From: Antedon mediterranea
Taxonomy: Eukaryota > Animalia > Echinodermata
Direction: 5' to 3'
NCBI RefSeq assembly: GCF_964355755.1
Contig: NC_092670.1
Location: forward strand, 32,538,388-32,602,387
DNA length: 64,000 bases
The notes beneath the pieces are model-generated. The model did not search any database, was not told the origin of the DNA, and saw only the letters and a program-made list of their open reading frames with translations. The translations under genes and the position numbers were made by a program. Shown here one piece after another: positions 49,064 to 61,240 of this stretch (its first letter is position 1; every line of letters starts with the position of its first letter).

Positions 49064-51874
49064 ACTAGATTTGAACTCGTCACTACGGACGAGTTAGGTT
49101 ATCCGCCTCGCAAACGCCACGTGCACATCATACGTTAGAATATTGCGCACAGAAAAACGATTATGCCAATGAAAAAATGTTAGTGCGCTCTCTATTTTGT
49201 GTCACGTCTAAATATATACGGTATAACACTATATTCTGTATACGTACTACATACAGTTCAGAATAGGTGAAAATAAGTGACCAAAGTTAATGACGCTTTT
49301 GCACATGACGACGTCATAACAATTTTTAAAATGGTGAATCATGCGAAAGATAATTGATTGACCTAGACAATATAAAGAAATGGAGGGCAATGGAATACGG
49401 ATAAGTGGAGATGCGCTCTATTAAATGTGATGAGCTAAGACGAAAGTGAAAAAAATCCTATATTTTATATTTGAGTGGCCATACGATGACGTCACAATGT
49501 CCGGTTAGCTATATTGATGCATGATTCGATATCTACAACTCATTTACTTCCAGAATCTGTAATTTTAAAAAAGTTCACCACGTAGTTTAGAATCTATGAC
49601 ATTTTAAAAAAAGGCATAATTTTCACGAATTTTTGAACTTTTTCATCAAAAACGCGCGCAAATTTTTCAATTCTACGTGCTCGTATGACGTGATTTTAAG
49701 TCGAAATTGTTTGAAAGTTGGTAAATCTACTAAAAAAAGACAGGAAAGACAAAAATCAAGCCAAAAAATGATGTTTTTGCGTTATGTGCGCACGCGCGCG
49801 TAGAAAAATTGCGCACGTGTGGTAATTTTTGAAATGCTCAAAATGACATGAAACGCGTAGAAAGTTGATTAGAAGTTGATTTTTCGCATTTTGAAATTTT
49901 AAACGCGCGTGCGCGCGTAACTTTCTGCGCAACATGCCATTTTTAATCCATAGAAAGTTTGCCCTTAATATGACTTAAATTTTCACCAAGTTTCAATACA
50001 AAATTACTTTTGGTTTTTAATCTACGATCAATCATTGAAATTCATAAAATCGCGCGTAACTTACGCTGCGCAACTCAGACTGGACCGAAAACCTTATTAC
50101 GACATCTTCAGATAGAGGTCAATCTTCTGATAAAGTTATACAATGTTATGTTAAGAAGATTTTGAGATACACGCGCAACAAAATTCTGGGAAAGAAAGAA
50201 GAAACTAGACATGTAACTCGTCACTTTGACGAGTTAGTTATCCGCTCGACAAACGCCACGTGCACGTCATACGTTAGAATATTGCACACAGAAAAATATT
50301 AAGGCATTATGACCTGAACTGAAGAATATGATATGTTGTTATTTCTGAATTATGTTATTTTGTTGTCATATACATAGTATACACAGTATAATCTGTATAC
50401 ATATCACAGTGTAAAATAGGTGAAATTACGGGACCCGTATTTTATTGTAATTTTTAACATCTTGACGGTTTCAAAATGAAATGCAAAAGTAGAAATTTCA
50501 GAATAAAATTATCTCAGCAACAACATATTAACGTGTAGAAGAAATTTGAATACGTGAAATATTGATGCGCGCTCTTTTAAATGTAATGAAATATAACGCA
50601 AAAGATGAAAATATGACTTTTTGTATTTAACTGGCCATATGATGACGTCACAACATTCGATTGGCACAATTTTCTTATGATTTTGTATCTACAATACAAT
50701 AGCTTCCTGAAAACGTTTGAATCGTGATTATCACATTTTATTCTTACGAGCTATACCAGATTAAAATTTACTGTAAAGATGAAATTAATGACCAACGTAA
50801 TTTAAATTTTTAGGCATGATGACGTTAAAAAAATTAAAAAAATTTTAATTCATGCAAAACATAGTTGATAGACCTAGAATATATTAAAATCGGGGTGAAA
50901 ATGAACAACGAATAAGTGGAGATGCGCTCTATTAAATGTGATGAGCTATGACGAAAGAGACAAAAATCCTATATTTTATATTCGCGTGGCCATACGATGA
51001 CGTCACAATGTCCGGTTAGCCATATTAATGCATGATTCGATATCTACCACTCATCAACTTCCAGAATATGTAATTAAAAAAAAGTTCTCCATATAGTTTA
51101 GAATCTATGACTGTTTAAAAATAGGCATAATTTTGACGAATTTTTGAACTTTTTCACCAGAAACGCGTGCAAATTATTTAATTCGACGTGCTCGTATGAC
51201 GTAATTTTAAGTCGAAATTGTTTAAAAGTTGGTAACATTACTATAAAAGGCTGAAAAAACATAAATCACGCGAAAAAAATATGTTTTTAACGCTACGTGT
51301 GCACCGCGTGCGTAAAAAGTTTCGCGCGCGTGGGAATTTTTGACATGCTCAAAATGACATGAAACGCATAGAAAGTTGATTAGACGTTGATTTTTCGCAC
51401 GTTAAAATTTTAAACGCGCGTGCGCGCGTAACTTTTTGTGAAACATGCTATTTTTAATCCATAGAAAGTTTGCGCTTGATATGACTTAAATTTTCACAAA
51501 GTTTCAAAACAAAATTATGTTTGGTTTTTAGTCTATGATCAATCATTGAAATTCATAAAATCGCACGTAAGTCACGTTGCGCAACTCTGACATCATTCAA
51601 AAATAGGAGGTGCACAAGTTCACGTAAATGCCGATATGTTGACAAAGTTACGATATGTTCTGTTTACACGTTTTAGAGAAACGCGACGCACAAAAATGAC
51701 AGAAAGAAAGAAGTATAATACAGAAAAAAAAAAATTTGATGAAACAGGACGATTACAAGGAGTTATCCGCTACTAAGCGGATAACTAAAAAGAAAAAAAA
51801 GAAAAAAAATAAAAAAAAAAAAAAAAAGATCCTGACAATAACAAGGGGTTATCCGCCAAGTGCGGATAACCAAT
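49064..51874 (-). mobile_element. Outer Helentron-type HINE (interrupted by a nested sister copy)
   Basis: 5' GGTTATCCGC..GCGGATAACC inverted repeat 51847-51871; 3' subTIR 49097-49106 + AACTCGTC/GACGAGTT hairpin + CTAG. Confidence 0.82.
50204..51788 (-). mobile_element. Inner nested HINE of the same family
   Basis: Own 5' inverted repeat 51761-51786 and 3' hairpin 50215-50235; body colinear with 49064-50200. Confidence 0.82.
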
Positions 51875-54417
51875 AATGAGTTTATTTAGGGTCATACTGT
51901 ACTACAGCAGGTAGGTCGTTTAAAGTTCATGCTTATTTTATACAGGAAACATAAAGCCTGTACTTCTGCTTAACTATCATTCAGATGACCTGTGTTACAC
52001 TATGAATGATGTGGCTCAGGACAATATATCTTTTCCCAAAAGTATACTGTAGATAGAGTACAGTGCAGTTTAATTGTTAATTTAGCCTAACAATACTGTA
52101 TTTCAAATCTTATTTATTGTGTATAAAACAAAAATATTAATAGTGTGTAAAAACCAATCCTTTTCAATAATGATTGTGGCTACTGTATGTTGTATAAATT
52201 TAATGTAACTCATACTTTCAAAGCCACAATATTTTGTTTTTAAAAAATAACAAATAATGAATAGAAATTCTGATAAAATCATATAGATCAACGCAAACGA
52301 ATTAAATGTATTGCATAGTGTCCGCAATTAATGTTTTGACTGAAGATCCTAGTTGTGTTAAACTATAGACCTAGAGCTTTACGGAAAAAAGAAATAATTT
52401 ACAAAATATGTACCTTCCCTCTCCTGACATTTATTTAGAGATTAACGCTTAACAATTTATATATTTTTTAAAGTACTGTATGTTATTGTTACAAGTGTAA
52501 TTTATTTATTGCATGGATTCTTTATCTACTCCATGTTAATGGTATATTCTACCTCTGTTTCTCACATACAGGCGACAAAACGGTTCATTCAGTTTTAGAA
52601 AAATTGTTCACCAAATTTGTTTCCCAGAACATGTTGAATGTGTGGGCATCAATATTTATCAATTGATATAATTCTTTATTAAATAATTAATCTGAAATGG
52701 ATTTAATTCAACTTTGCAATTTTCACTGTGTTAAGGGTCAGTGTTTCAGTTTGGTAATTGAAATCCAAACCCATGCAGATCATAGAAAATCATTAATTGT
52801 CAAAGGTCATAAGGTCAAAGGTGAACCAAGCAGGGATTAATTTGTTATTGCACACATTAACATTCTGTATGTGATGACATACTCTACAATGTATACAGTA
52901 CTATGGAATGATATACAGTATACTGTACAGTTTACTCTTTATAAAATTGTTAAACCATTTTGTGGTCTGATTCTAATTCTTAGTTTGATGTTAATTAAAG
53001 TTTAAAGTTATTAAATTTTAACTACAGATATAATTCATGAATAGAATAATTCCATAACTTCATTTTTTTCCAATGTTCTGTTTACTGGAAACTGTTTGTT
53101 GAAGATACAGATTTAAAACAAAATCTATAATAAATGGTATTTGAACATTTATCAATGAATTTGATTCTTCTCTATTTTCTTATTGTTTTATCATACAGTA
53201 ATATTGACTTTTCATAAGATAACAGTAACCTATTACTTACAATAATAACATCATGTTTTTGTTCTTTGTCCTTTTCCTGTTAATATCTGATATATTTTTC
53301 TGGCCTAAGGACATTGTACACAGTAAGCATACCTGCTAATATACCAGCTTTACCATGGCATCTTTATTGATTTCTTTGTAAGCCTTGATGTTATCTCTCA
53401 ATGTATGTTACCTGTTCTCTGAGGAATAACCATCTCGCTAGATTAGCCTCCAAATTATTTAAATTAACTGCGCCATAATCTAGTTTCTAGTTGCAGATTA
53501 GTTTAATTCCCTTAGTACTGATCACACATCTTCTCTCCTCATTACCAAAATAGTTTGTGAATTGCTGTACACATCAATAACAACTGTTTGGAGGTATTGC
53601 TAATTTATTATAAATCCCAGTTTACTGTACAGTATATTCAATACAATGAAATATATAAAATGTACTCCTCTGCAAAAAAAACACAAAAAAACACAATGTT
53701 TAGTAAAGTGGGTTTAAGTACCTGTTGTCAAACAATAGATATATTATCAATAATGGATGAATAAATGATGATTATTAGGTATTTCTAATTTATTGTAAAT
53801 AAATCCCAGTTAACTGTATATTCAATGAATTATAAAATCGCTCCTTTTCGGGGGAAAAAAAGTTTAGTAAAGCATAGTGATACACATATACTTTTCTTTT
53901 TTGTGTGTCAAACAATTTAAACCTCCAATTCATAAAAAAATATCAGTAATGAATGAATTTATTTATTCTTTCTTTATTCTGCATGCACTTTTAGTACTAG
54001 TGCACTAAATTTCAAAGTGTTACAGTAATTTTAAATATCATAACAAACGTAATAAAGTAAAGACAAGAGGTATCAAAATTACAAATAGACAAAATATACA
54101 CTAAAAATACAAATCAATATTAGAAAAGGAAACTTAGTTTAAATGTTACGTATTAATTGTATTTTGGAATGAAGTTATTGACATATTTTATGATGAATGT
54201 AAATATACTACAACCTATACAGTAGTACTTTTTAATAGATGATAATTCTTGCAAGGTACAGTATTAGTTTAGTTACTATAATATTCAGTTGGACATGGTC
54301 TTTTTGTGAAAGCACCTAACATGAAAGATGGTGAGAAAAGAATTGTTGTTGATGAATTAATTAATTGATATTTCTTTTGTTTTTTCAGGTATCTTGTTTG
54401 GGATACTCCACACCATC

Positions 54418-54490
54418 ATGAGGTGGCTTTGTTTGAGACTATCAATTTCTTGTTTCATTTTCTTAACTATTTGGCCACAGGATACTGAAG
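54418..54490 (+). CDS. ITGB: Integrin beta, signal-peptide exon
   Basis: MRWLCLRLSISCFIFLTIWPQDTEG; acceptor at 54388. Confidence 0.8.
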
Positions 54491-55224
54491 GTACTGTACA
54501 AATACATTCTTACTTTTATTTTCGTCACCATAGAGGTACTGTACACTGTACATTATTAGCTAACAGTCCTTCATCAGCTTAATTCGAAACAAACAAACTA
54601 TTATAAATAACAAACTACCTTGTCACACTGTGTAACATTTGCAAATATTGTGATAAGCTTTTTCTTGTGTGGCTGAAAACAAAAATCTGTACTCTTGGTA
54701 CAATGTTGATTGTACACTCATACACTACCTCTAAGACAGTATACAGTATTACAGTACAGTATTATCAGTAACTACATTATAATTTACAACATTCATGATT
54801 TTAGTTTGTTTTGATGAAGAAGTGTATGAAATATAATATGATAATGTAACATAATTCAACATTTCATGAAGATCAGAGCGCTGTGGACTTTCATGTTAAA
54901 TACACCTTTTCAACAACATTCTTCTCCCCTAAGGGTAATGTCACCGGCAGCCAATTAAGGTGCCATTACGTAACTGCAATATAGAGTTTGTATGATTTTA
55001 CCGACCAAAAATTGCTAAATACGCATGACACATAAAATAGTAAACAAGGTGTACTTACTGCAGTAGCTGCAGTAGAATACTTTTGAAATGGCCCTAAAAG
55101 ATACAATACTGTACATTTTAATTTCAAGTATTAATGTTTTATTTACTTTTCAACATTTTATTTGTTTTTTACCCTGTATAGGTGTTAACTGTGCAACATT
55201 TTATTTGTTATTTACCCTGTATAG

Positions 55225-55301
55225 GTGTTAACTGTGCGTCTGCTAAAACATGTAGTGATTGTATGAAACAAAGTCCAGACTGTGCATGGTGCAAATCAAC
55301 A
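55225..55301 (+). CDS. ITGB: Integrin beta, PSI exon
   Basis: VNCASAKTCSDCMKQSPDCAWCKST. Confidence 0.92.
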
Positions 55302-55439
55302 GTAAGTTAGAAGATAAATGTCACATTTACTAGATAAATTGACTAATGTTGGTAAACGAACAATTAAACTCAAGAATACTTAATATTATTTTAAAATTAT
55401 GATAAATCAGTCCAAGGGTACAATTATAATAATAGCATA

Positions 55440-55883
55440 TGGCAGCCATATTGGATTCCATGATGGCCGCCATTAAAAACAGATATAATGTATGCATTTT
55501 ATAGTCAGGGTCCTTGTGTATTTCCGTAGGATTTTAATGCCCAAAATGAGATTTCACTTACTTTATTATAGTGCTAGGATACCAAAAATGCTAGGTAACA
55601 AATTTTCACGATCCCGTAACCATGGTAACAGCCCAAAGATCAAAATGGCACCCAATTGTAAGATTTATCACACAAATTACGTTCATACTTGGTTTAAAAT
55701 AGGAGCTATCAGTTTTGAGTAAAAAATGGGGGCCATTTTGAAATGCAAGATGGCTGACAAAATTGGGTCGGGAAAAATTGGCCCCCAGTTGCAATGAATT
55801 CTGATAGTCCTAAGGATTCCAAAACTGCCAAGAATTCAGCTTGAGCATTAAAATCTCACGGAATTACATTAGGTTTCCCACTA
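55440..55883 (-). mobile_element. Non-autonomous DNA transposon relic (Academ-like TAGTG end, AAGATGGC-rich)
   Basis: Repeated (A)AGATGGC/GCCATNTT motifs; terminal CCCACTA at about 55883. Confidence 0.4.
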
Positions 55884-56135
55884 ATACTGTAGCATAGCAT
55901 ACATAACCCACAATGTTTTACAGTACAGTACAAATGTAGTTGTGTTTGTACAGCTGATAGTGAACATTTGCACTGTACAGTGTCACCTTTATAGTGTTTA
56001 ACATTGTATTTGATTTTTGACTTTGTGAATATATCAAGAATGAAAGTTTACTATAAAATCATTGTCTGAGAAAGGAAGTATCAATTTATATTTACAATAA
56101 TGAAAAACACAATATTTTTTAGCTCACATAATGAA

Positions 56136-56203
56136 AGCGCTCTACACTATAAAACAATGTGTACACGATCACATCAAACTAGTTTGATAGTGTAGACCGA
56201 GCT
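56136..56203. mobile_element. Internally deleted Harbinger-type MITE
   Basis: TCTACACTAT...GTTTGATAGTGTAGAC.GAGCT. Confidence 0.7.
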
Positions 56204-56549
56204 TTATCTTTTAAAACTTGTATTTAGAATCTCTTAGTTCCCATTTACACTTACTGTAGGATTGGATCATGGGCTGTTCCAAATCTGTTTGGTTTCGATT
56301 CAGAATCATCCCAAATGACGGCCTTGACGATTCATTTTCTTAATTTCTCAAGCCATTTGGGATGCCTGACTGCATGAACCAGGCCAAACATAAAATCCAC
56401 TATTGAACCTTTCTCGAGAACTTGTCCAGGTCTGCGTTAACTTTGTGGAGTTGGCGGTTGCCAACCCAAAGCTAGTCCTATATCCGCCAAAAAATAAATG
56501 TAGTTAAGTTTGTGTGTATATTAATTTTGTTTTTGTTTTTTGAATTAAG

Positions 56550-56651
56550 GCCGTCTTCTCCAACAAATGTGATGCTGCCGAGTCATTGCTTGCCAAGGGC
56601 TGTGAGCCAGATCAAATCGTTCAACCCAAATCAAGTCTGGATATTGTTGAG
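56550..56651 (+). CDS. ITGB: Integrin beta, second PSI exon
   Basis: AVFSNKCDAAESLLAKGCEPDQIVQPKSSLDIVE; AAG acceptor. Confidence 0.88.
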
Positions 56652-56688
56652 GTAAAGTTCTAATCTGTTGAAAAACATAGAAAAGCCA

Positions 56689-57020
56689 TTAAGCAACGTT
56701 GGGCCTGGTTAGAGCTTGGATGAGAGACCATCTGTGAATATCGTGTGCTCTATATGGAGCTGGGGTCCTGTAAGGCATTTTAAAACAGCACTGCTGACTC
56801 TTATGGCAGTCCCTGCATCTATAGTATCTGCCTCAGACGTATTGGCTTATGCCTTTCCTCTGGTCAAGGTGGGCACTGGACGAGAGAAGCCCTTGATTAA
56901 TGTTAGGACCAATCAAGGTGCTTTAAACTGTCCTGGCTTTGTTTGTATCAAACCTGTTAGTTGCGGTAATTATCGCTGTTGGTTTCGATTGAATAAAATA
57001 AAAAATAAAAATAAAAAAAA
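56689..57020 (+). mobile_element. 5'-truncated 5S-rRNA-derived SINE with a different body
   Basis: TTAAGCAACGTTGGGCCTGGTTAG.GCTTGGATG.GAGACC matches 5S box A/C; ends in (AATAAA)n. Confidence 0.75.
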
Positions 57021-57125
57021 TACTGTAGTTTTTTTTACTGAACACTGCCCAAATGTAACTTTTAGCGAAAATTGAGCTTAACCATCAGTTGAATTTATTT
57101 CTAAATGGTTTTACTTTATTTTCAG

Positions 57126-57213
57126 AATGCCACGTTGAGTAACGCTGGTGATGCTGCCCTCGGTGATGCTGTCCAATTAAAGCCGCAAAAAATTCAACTT
57201 AAGTTGAGGCCGG
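57126..57213 (+). CDS. ITGB: Integrin beta, hybrid-domain start
   Basis: NATLSNAGDAALGDAVQLKPQKIQLKLRPG. Confidence 0.93.
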
Positions 57214-58025
57214 GTAAGATTTGTACAACCGCCCTTGTTCTCATACAATACATACAAACGAGTACCTGCATACTCTTTTGATACATCATGTACTGTATTT
57301 GATTCTTGAAAGAAACTATAAATAGGATATGAATACATACAGTCAATTTTTCTTAATTTATTTTCCTTAAAATACCAGAAAAGATAAAGTACAGTACAGT
57401 ACTGAAATGTCTGTATTATAAATTCTGCAACAACAAGACCCTAGCCTGCATAAATTATTACGACTAATGTGCTAAGAAAATGGCCCTAATATTGGACAAA
57501 GCATGTTGCTCTGCTGAATGGTTTGTGTAAAGGTGTGCTTTTGTCGACACAGGACTTGACTCAACTCAAATGAACTACAGAAGTGGCACATGTAACTACT
57601 GTCATGTGATGTAACTAAACGGATTAATGATTAAATAACATGATTAATATATGTATAGGAACCAGTATGCACGATTGCTTATATGGAAACATCTGGTCGC
57701 GGCTACCCTGATCATGTGACGCGATTTAAAGTTTTTAGTTGCACTCCTTTCTTGTCAGTTCTGAAAAAAATAGAACATGAAAGGAACTTTTTTGTGCATC
57801 TCTCAGTTCAGTTCCGTGCCGACATAAGCTTACCTTTATATCATCATGCACACTGTAAATTGCATGCTGTACAGTACTGCCCCACCAGCTGTTTCAAAAC
57901 TTGCTTTAAATATACTGTCAATTCTCCTAAAACTTTTCAAGGAACTAGTAGTAACGCATATTTTCTCTTGAAGATCCCAAAAATAATTTTTTACTCTGTA
58001 CACTCTGTACTTTGACATTTTTAAG

Positions 58026-58157
58026 GCGATAAATACCGAGTTAAACTTGATGTGCGTCAAGCTGAAGACTACCCATTGGATCTTTACTACGTTATGGATG
58101 TGTCTTCCTCAATGGCAGATGATCTTCAGAGTGTCGGAAGACTAGGAAACGATTTAG
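58026..58157 (+). CDS. ITGB: Integrin beta, MIDAS exon
   Basis: RQAEDYPLDLYYVMDVSSSMADDL (DxSxS + ADMIDAS DD); AAG acceptor. Confidence 0.93.
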
Positions 58158-58674
58158 GTTAGTACTTTTGGGTTAGCCATTCTTCAGTTGTAGTAAGGAT
58201 GATTTTGCTAAAAATCCATTTACCAAAGGCAAGGAAAAAATTGGTCTCGCTATGGATTTCCACCATGGCAGTCAGTCAACAACAGCCTCGCGTGTGTGGT
58301 TGCTCACACACTGTAATAAAATGATTGTACAAAACGACAATGGCTACATAGCATTTATTTGTATATTATGTGCCCTACAATCAGCCAATCAAATGACAAG
58401 CAGTACAATTCTATATTGCTATCCTATGTGTATGAATATGTGCAATAAAAAAAAACAAAGTACATGCTCTCTCTTAATATAGATAATTTTTAGACTGTAA
58501 AATTGTATTATTAGTGTGTTAAATTAATATTAAAGACTTAAAAATATGATTTTATATACAACAATAAAATAACTTAAATGCTAATAATTTTTTAATGTTT
58601 GTAATAAAATAATTAAATATGGTAAAATTATAATAATAATTAAGAGAATAATAATTTCATTTTTTTTCTTTCAG

Positions 58675-58765
58675 CCACAAGAATGAGTAACATCACTCGT
58701 GATTTCCGTCTTGGTTTTGGAGCTTTTGTAGACAAAGTTGTCATGCCATATGTTGATCTCTCAAA
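58675..58765 (+). CDS. ITGB: Integrin beta exon
   Basis: MSNITRDFRLGFGAFVDKVVMPYVDLSK. Confidence 0.95.
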
Positions 58766-59139
58766 GTAAGTATGTCAAGTTGTTATGAGTAAAATAAAAA
58801 ACGAAGATAAACCAAAATTCTTTTACCAATAACTCCATAAATGTAGGCTGATATCGATGAGAAACTGAAAGCAACACAAATGCGTTGACATACCGTAAGC
58901 CCTCTAAGCAAGTGAAAGCAAATTAACACAACAATAAAAGTAACATATTCAAACGAATTCAGTTGTATGGAATCAAATTGTATCATAAATAAAAAATAAT
59001 ATTTTTTATAAAATACACTACAGCTTTTATAAAGTTGATTATATTCTAAGGATATATAAATCAAATTTTTGGGATGATTTTTTAGCCACAGGTTTGTATT
59101 TGAACTGTTTTAATAACTTTTGTAAAACTCTATTGTTAG

Positions 59140-59242
59140 ACTTGATGATCCATGCGTTGGAACAGATCTAGACTTCACATGCCAGCCACCATTTTCCTTC
59201 CAGAATGCCCTATCGCTAACTAATGAAACAAGTAAATTCTCG
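59140..59242 (+). CDS. ITGB: Integrin beta exon (specificity-determining loop)
   Basis: LDDPCVGTDLDFTCQPPFSFQNALSLTNETSKFS. Confidence 0.93.
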
Positions 59243-59729
59243 GTGAGTATTTGTATGTGTTCTACACTAGGCGAATTATTTCAAAATACGAATGGAATAT
59301 CAACTGATATCCCAAAACTTGATTTGACACCAAAGGAATATTGAGGTTGAGTCACTAACTGTTTGTGTTCCTTTGATAACTTATTTTGATCAGCAGAGTA
59401 TGGTCATACTTTGCAGATTCCAGAATGCTTAGGCTAACAATTACCTCTTGATCTGGGTTAGTCTGCTAGTGTCAACCAAGCCAAAGTATTTTTAGCAATG
59501 TGAAAATAAAAACTTGCCGTATGAAGTTTATAGGGTCTCTACAGTAACTCTAAATCTAGCAGTTAAAATGTTGAAATAAATCTCATAGTAATAAATAATA
59601 GTTGTTCTCAGTTATACACAGCATATATATTTGGTTCAAATGATGCTTTATTACCTCGATTATTGTCATCAAACACGTATGGAAACATACTTCCATAATG
59701 TTGCAGCAAGTAGTCTCTGCAGTTTGTGC

Positions 59730-59830
59730 CGTGACCTACAGTAACCAGGAACCCATTAGTACACCTTGGTAGAGAGAGGAAAATGTAAGTCAAGTGTCTT
59801 GCCTAAGGACACAAGCAATGCGACTAGCAT
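59730..59830 (-). mobile_element. CORE/V-domain SINE fragment
   Basis: Reverse complement GTGTCCTTAGGCAAGACACTT..CTCTCTACCAAGGTGTAC.AATGGGT. Confidence 0.6.
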
Positions 59831-59891
59831 GCTATATAGTGAGTGAATCCAAAATAAAATGTGTTAATCCTAATAATGCCCTCTTTTACAG

Positions 59892-60062
59892 GATGTTGTT
59901 AGTAACCTTCAACCTTCTGGTAGTCTTGACTATCCAGAGGGCGGACTTGATGCGCTAATGCAAGCTGCTACATGTAAAGACATTATTGGATGGCGTGAGC
60001 GGGCCCGCCATCTTCTTTTTTACACATCAGATGCACCATTTCACATTGCTGGCGATGGAAAG
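59892..60062 (+). CDS. ITGB: Integrin beta exon
   Basis: [35 protein letters not shown]. Confidence 0.96.
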
Positions 60063-60252
60063 GTATTTTGGTAGTGCTATTTCGTAACACATACATTTAT
60101 TGATCAATAATTGTTTATATTGATCTCAAAACCTTGTTTTTTGATACTTTTCAAATTCATCTAGTTTCAAGCTGTAATAAAAAATCATCATTGCTTTAGA
60201 TGAAGTTTGCTGGTTTTAAATTTCCCAATTAGGATCCAACCACTACTACTGT

Positions 60253-60374
60253 AAAAAATGACAATGCTGTGGGTATCAGTGGCTAGATCTCAATGGAGGT
60301 ACAAAATAACATAAGCAAAAAGCTAAATCAAATGTAAAACAGCAAGAACAATTTTCACTAGCCCTTCATCAGTG
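60253..60374 (-). mobile_element. Second copy of the hammerhead-containing repeat (core partly deleted)
   Basis: Reverse complement CACTGATGAAGGGCTAGTG...CCATTGAGAT.TAGCCACTGATACCCACAG. Confidence 0.7.
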
Positions 60375-60590
60375 CAAGGGATTTTGGAAAAATGTGTATA
60401 CACTACACGTTAATACACAAATTTATTAAAACATTTATAACCATTAATGAAAATAAACATCAATTTAAATGTACCTTTATTATGTATAGAATTCAAATTA
60501 TTCTGACTTTTAGTCATTTGATGATTGTATCTGTTCTATGTTAAAATAATAATATTAATAAAATATGTGAACCAATTCTGATTTGTTTAG

Positions 60591-60671
60591 CTCGGTGGTG
60601 TAGTAAAAGCCAATGATGGAAAGTGTCACACAAGTGCTTCAACTGGGTATTATACGATGTATGATCAACTG
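60591..60671 (+). CDS. ITGB: Integrin beta exon
   Basis: LGGVVKANDGKCHTSASTGYYTMYDQL. Confidence 0.94.
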
Positions 60672-61036
60672 GTGAGTGTTACATGACAGTTATTTTCAAG
60701 CGTTCCTTGAGCCTGAGTAATGTTAAATATAATATGTATCACTTTCAGTAGCACAATAAAGTTGTAAAATGGCAATTTTGTGAAACTCATTTAAAAAAAA
60801 AAAAAAATATTTTAACACCTATTTTGTAGATTCGTATCTGATTTGAGGATAGTGGGTCACATGATATTCAATAAATACTTCATTAAACCTATATTATATA
60901 TATTATATTATACAAATACACATTTGTATTATATGCATTGTTGCATCAAATGAAAATCTAATGAAAAGATAATAAAATAACAAGTTTAAATTCATGTAAA
61001 GGAACAAATATTGTCATGAGTGTTTTTCTGTTTTAG

Positions 61037-61132
61037 GATTACCCCAGTGTGAGTCAACTGAGTCAAGTGCTGGAGCAAAACAGTATCCTACCTGTGTTTG
61101 CAGTAACTGATAAAATTTATAATGTATATGAG
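61037..61132 (+). CDS. ITGB: Integrin beta exon
   Basis: DYPSVSQLSQVLEQNSILPVFAVT. Confidence 0.94.
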
Positions 61133-61240
61133 GTAAGCTTTTTTGTATACTAAGTTTCAAATGGTACCTATTATTTTAGCTTGATTTTTTACAGTTACTT
61201 TGAAAAAGTGTGGTTGTATTGTATACAATAATTTACACTA

